A stretch of 64,000 bases of DNA. It comes from Nitrosopumilus sp. GTDB lineage: Archaea; Thermoproteota; Nitrososphaeria; Nitrososphaerales; Nitrosopumilaceae. The notes under the pieces are model-generated. The model was not told where the DNA came from, made no database searches, and saw only the letters and a list, made by a program, of their open reading frames with translations. Position numbers and translations under genes: made by a program. Of the stretch, positions 61,664 through 64,000 are shown in pieces. The first letter of the stretch is position 1. The number at the start of each line of letters is the position of its first letter. The stretch lies in the NCBI GenBank assembly GCA_965203315.1, contig CBDBCE010000004.1, positions 64,001-128,000 on the forward strand, written 5' to 3'.

Positions 61664-62452
61664 ATGACAGATCCATATCTGCTTATCTTGATTGGATTTG
61701 TTTCTGGTATATTTGGTTCCATGCTGGGTCTAGGTGGAGGATCAATCAATGTGATGCTTCTTACCTTGTTAGGTGTCCCACCAACTACTGCTACGAGTAG
61801 TAGTCTCTTTGCAATTCTCGGAAACGCAACATCATCAACTGTATCATACGCAAAGCAGAAGCGAGTAGAGTTTAAACTTGGCATAAAGATGGGTTTGCTG
61901 GCAGTACCTGGTACAATAGTAGGTCCACTGATTCTAGCTAATACACATTATCAAGTATTTGAGATACTCTTTGCTATAGTGCTAATCTTGTCTGCATTGT
62001 ATGTTGTATTGCAACGAGAGATGCATTCTAGACAAAAGTCAGAATCTCTGGCATTGATCATAATCATTCCGATTGCGAGTTTTGGTGCTGGAATGATTGC
62101 AGCATTCTTTGGAATTGGTGGTGGAATAATCTTTGTACCTTTGATGATAATTGGACTGGGTCTAGGAATAAAACGAGCTGCACCTACATCTCAACTGATT
62201 CTTTTATTTACCTCTACTGCGGGATTTCTGACTCATCTTCTTTTAGATCATCCAGATCTATTCCAAGCAGGGTTTTTGATGGCTGGTTCTATTGCAGGTG
62301 GAATAATGGGGTCAAGACTGTCACTAAATATCAAAGAGCGATACCTTCGAATAATGTTTGCAATCGTACTCATCGTATCTGCAATTGAGTTGATGTTTGA
62401 TGCGACTATTCATGTCTCTGATCTCTTGCGCGCATGGGTACTGGAACAATAA
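61664..62452 (+). CDS. TauE/SafE (TSUP) family exporter
   Basis: GLGGG and GIGGG repeats, multiple TM helices. Confidence 0.9.
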   Translation: MTDPYLLILIGFVSGIFGSMLGLGGGSINVMLLTLLGVPPTTATSSSLFAILGNATSSTVSYAKQKRVEFKLGIKMGLLAVPGTIVGPLILANTHYQVFEILFAIVLILSALYVVLQREMHSRQKSESLALIIIIPIASFGAGMIAAFFGIGGGIIFVPLMIIGLGLGIKRAAPTSQLILLFTSTAGFLTHLLLDHPDLFQAGFLMAGSIAGGIMGSRLSLNIKERYLRIMFAIVLIVSAIELMFDATIHVSDLLRAWVLEQ

Positions 62453-62483
62453 ACAACAATAAATGACAATATTTGACATATTG

Positions 62484-62915
62484 CTATCTCTTGAGCCGAT
62501 AGATGTTCTTTCTTGATATGACTATTGTGGTATCGTCTCTAGTGCCCTCATAGTCTAGTACGATATTGCCAAATGTATCATCGACGTTGATCTTGTCTGA
62601 TACTGTGAACTTTATCTTTAACACCTCGTCTGTGTATAGAGGGTTGAGAAATCTGACTGATCTGTTACTCCATGCTTGATCCCCATCAACTCCTACTAGA
62701 ACTATCTGGTTTCCATATATCTGACTCAGTCTGGTGAACTCACCTTCAATTCTTGCTAATATCGCTCTGCCTGGCACTATACGTCCATCTACATGGTTGT
62801 CCAGAAATGTATTCTTTATTCTTGAAAAATTCAGATATGTCTCTAGTTCGTTCTCTGATATACTACATGTAGAGTGAAATGATTCGCCTATCTTAAATTC
62901 ATCAAATCGTTTCAT
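62484..62915 (-). CDS. MaoC-like hotdog-fold protein
   Basis: FDEFKIGE, IVPG, VRFLNPLY.D. Confidence 0.75.
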   Translation of the reverse strand: MKRFDEFKIGESFHSTCSISENELETYLNFSRIKNTFLDNHVDGRIVPGRAILARIEGEFTRLSQIYGNQIVLVGVDGDQAWSNRSVRFLNPLYTDEVLKIKFTVSDKINVDDTFGNIVLDYEGTRDDTTIVISRKNIYRLKR

Positions 62916-64000
62916 CTCGACTCATCGACGAGTATTACCTCAGACGAGTTTGTCGATCTATCTGATACGATGTAATCGAACGCAGCTGCAACTCGTTTGT
63001 TGTCTATTTCGGCACCAGTGACCGATCCTTGAAGAAGTGTAAATACTCTGATCTTTGATCCTAGAACGTCACTCAACTCTTGATTTATCGTTGTAGTGAA
63101 TGGTCGTATTGCTCCTCTAAAGATCTCGATCTGTGCTCTTCGTGTTCCTGTAACCTTTCCAGCTGGTAGTTCAGGACCAATTATCAAGACTCTCCCAGTC
63201 GTCTCTTTGTATAGTCTAGGATCTATGCCGCCTCCTGGTACAAACTGCTCTAATGCCGATTGAAGTAGTGTCGCTGGCTTTGTGATGAACTTTTCTACTA
63301 GTCTATCCCATTCTGCTCTACTCTGAGATGTGATCGATGCAATGTCGGGCATCTTGCCTGTATCGTATATGACACATCTGATCTTACCTATCTTTGTACT
63401 TGCTGTGTTTAGCCATCTCTGCATCTCTTTTGGATCACCAGTATCGACCTCATGGCAATGAAATCTCTCACTGATGTATGCTCTAGCCTCATCTGGAGCA
63501 AGTTTGGATACAAAGAATACAATCTCCCCACCACACTCTTTAATGTGAGTCGCCAACTCTACAACTCTATAAACATCTGACATGTCTGTAGGATCCACAA
63601 CTAGAACTATTAAGTCACCTCCAAGTTCTGGTTTACGTGAAGTTGGTATAGTTCCAACATGTGGTTTCACTGGATAGAATACTCGATCACCTGGAATGAC
63701 CTTTCCGTTGAGTATAGTTGCAATCTCTTCGTCACAAAGGTTTAGAATGGATTCTGCAACTTGGTCCTGTGAAAGAAATTCACGATTTGCAATCATGTGT
63801 GATGTGTTCTTTTGAATCTTTGCAGCAATGGTCTGAATCTTTGCAAGTAGGTTTTGTAGGGTCTCTGCAAACTTTGTCTGTTCGTACTCGCCCCCAAGAT
63901 CTTTTGTTATTTCAGATATGCCTCTAGATATGACTTGTTCATCTTCACCTAATAACTCTAACAGCTGTTTGCTCGCCTTTTCTACCGTTGACGGCGACAG
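62912..64000 (-). CDS. SDR-like oxidoreductase, C-terminal part (5' end outside the window)
   Basis: Frame stays open to base 64000; C-terminal degenerate SDR/Rossmann domain. Confidence 0.7.
   Translation of the reverse strand: MSPSTVEKASKQLLELLGEDEQVISRGISEITKDLGGEYEQTKFAETLQNLLAKIQTIAAKIQKNTSHMIANREFLSQDQVAESILNLCDEEIATILNGKVIPGDRVFYPVKPHVGTIPTSRKPELGGDLIVLVVDPTDMSDVYRVVELATHIKECGGEIVFFVSKLAPDEARAYISERFHCHEVDTGDPKEMQRWLNTASTKIGKIRCVIYDTGKMPDIASITSQSRAEWDRLVEKFITKPATLLQSALEQFVPGGGIDPRLYKETTGRVLIIGPELPAGKVTGTRRAQIEIFRGAIRPFTTTINQELSDVLGSKIRVFTLLQGSVTGAEIDNKRVAAAFDYIVSDRSTNSSEVILVDESR

Noticed and set aside
2267-63927. Numerous 60-175-aa antisense or alternative-frame ORFs in the track
   Set aside because: They lie within well-supported genes and are treated as shadow ORFs.
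1-64000. CRISPR array, cas genes, rRNA, integrase or prophage
   Set aside because: No regularly spaced short repeats, rRNA-like stretch or recognisable cas, integrase or capsid ORF seen.
62912-64000. Truncated or frameshifted SDR gene
   Set aside because: The frame is open to the window end, so the short call is an edge effect.

Overview
AT-rich chromosomal segment of an ammonia-oxidising archaeon (Nitrososphaerota, Nitrosopumilaceae-like). Supporting markers are cdvA, bacterial-type metK, tandem-domain thyX, PINA, Sm protein, proteasome beta and mostly leaderless genes with TATA boxes ~26 nt upstream of the start. IS/MITE accumulation and large secreted lineage-specific proteins suggest a host-associated lineage (inference). 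A housekeeping backbone carries three tRNAs (His-GTG, two-intron Trp-CCA, Gly-GCC), two IS elements, two or three MITE-like families and a decayed restriction-modification locus. Best leads: (1) a MITE-flanked DUF3800 gene with a convergent, separately promoted ~75-nt two-hairpin RNA overlapping its stop codon; (2) two loci for secreted proteins, including a 2044-aa repeat protein, with G13/G11 tracts filling the TATA-to-start spacer, suggesting slipped-strand phase variation; (3) unannotated H/ACA and C/D guide RNA candidates, including a tRNA-Trp intron segment complementary to the nearby tRNA-Gly. All family assignments come from motif recognition by eye; no searches were run.
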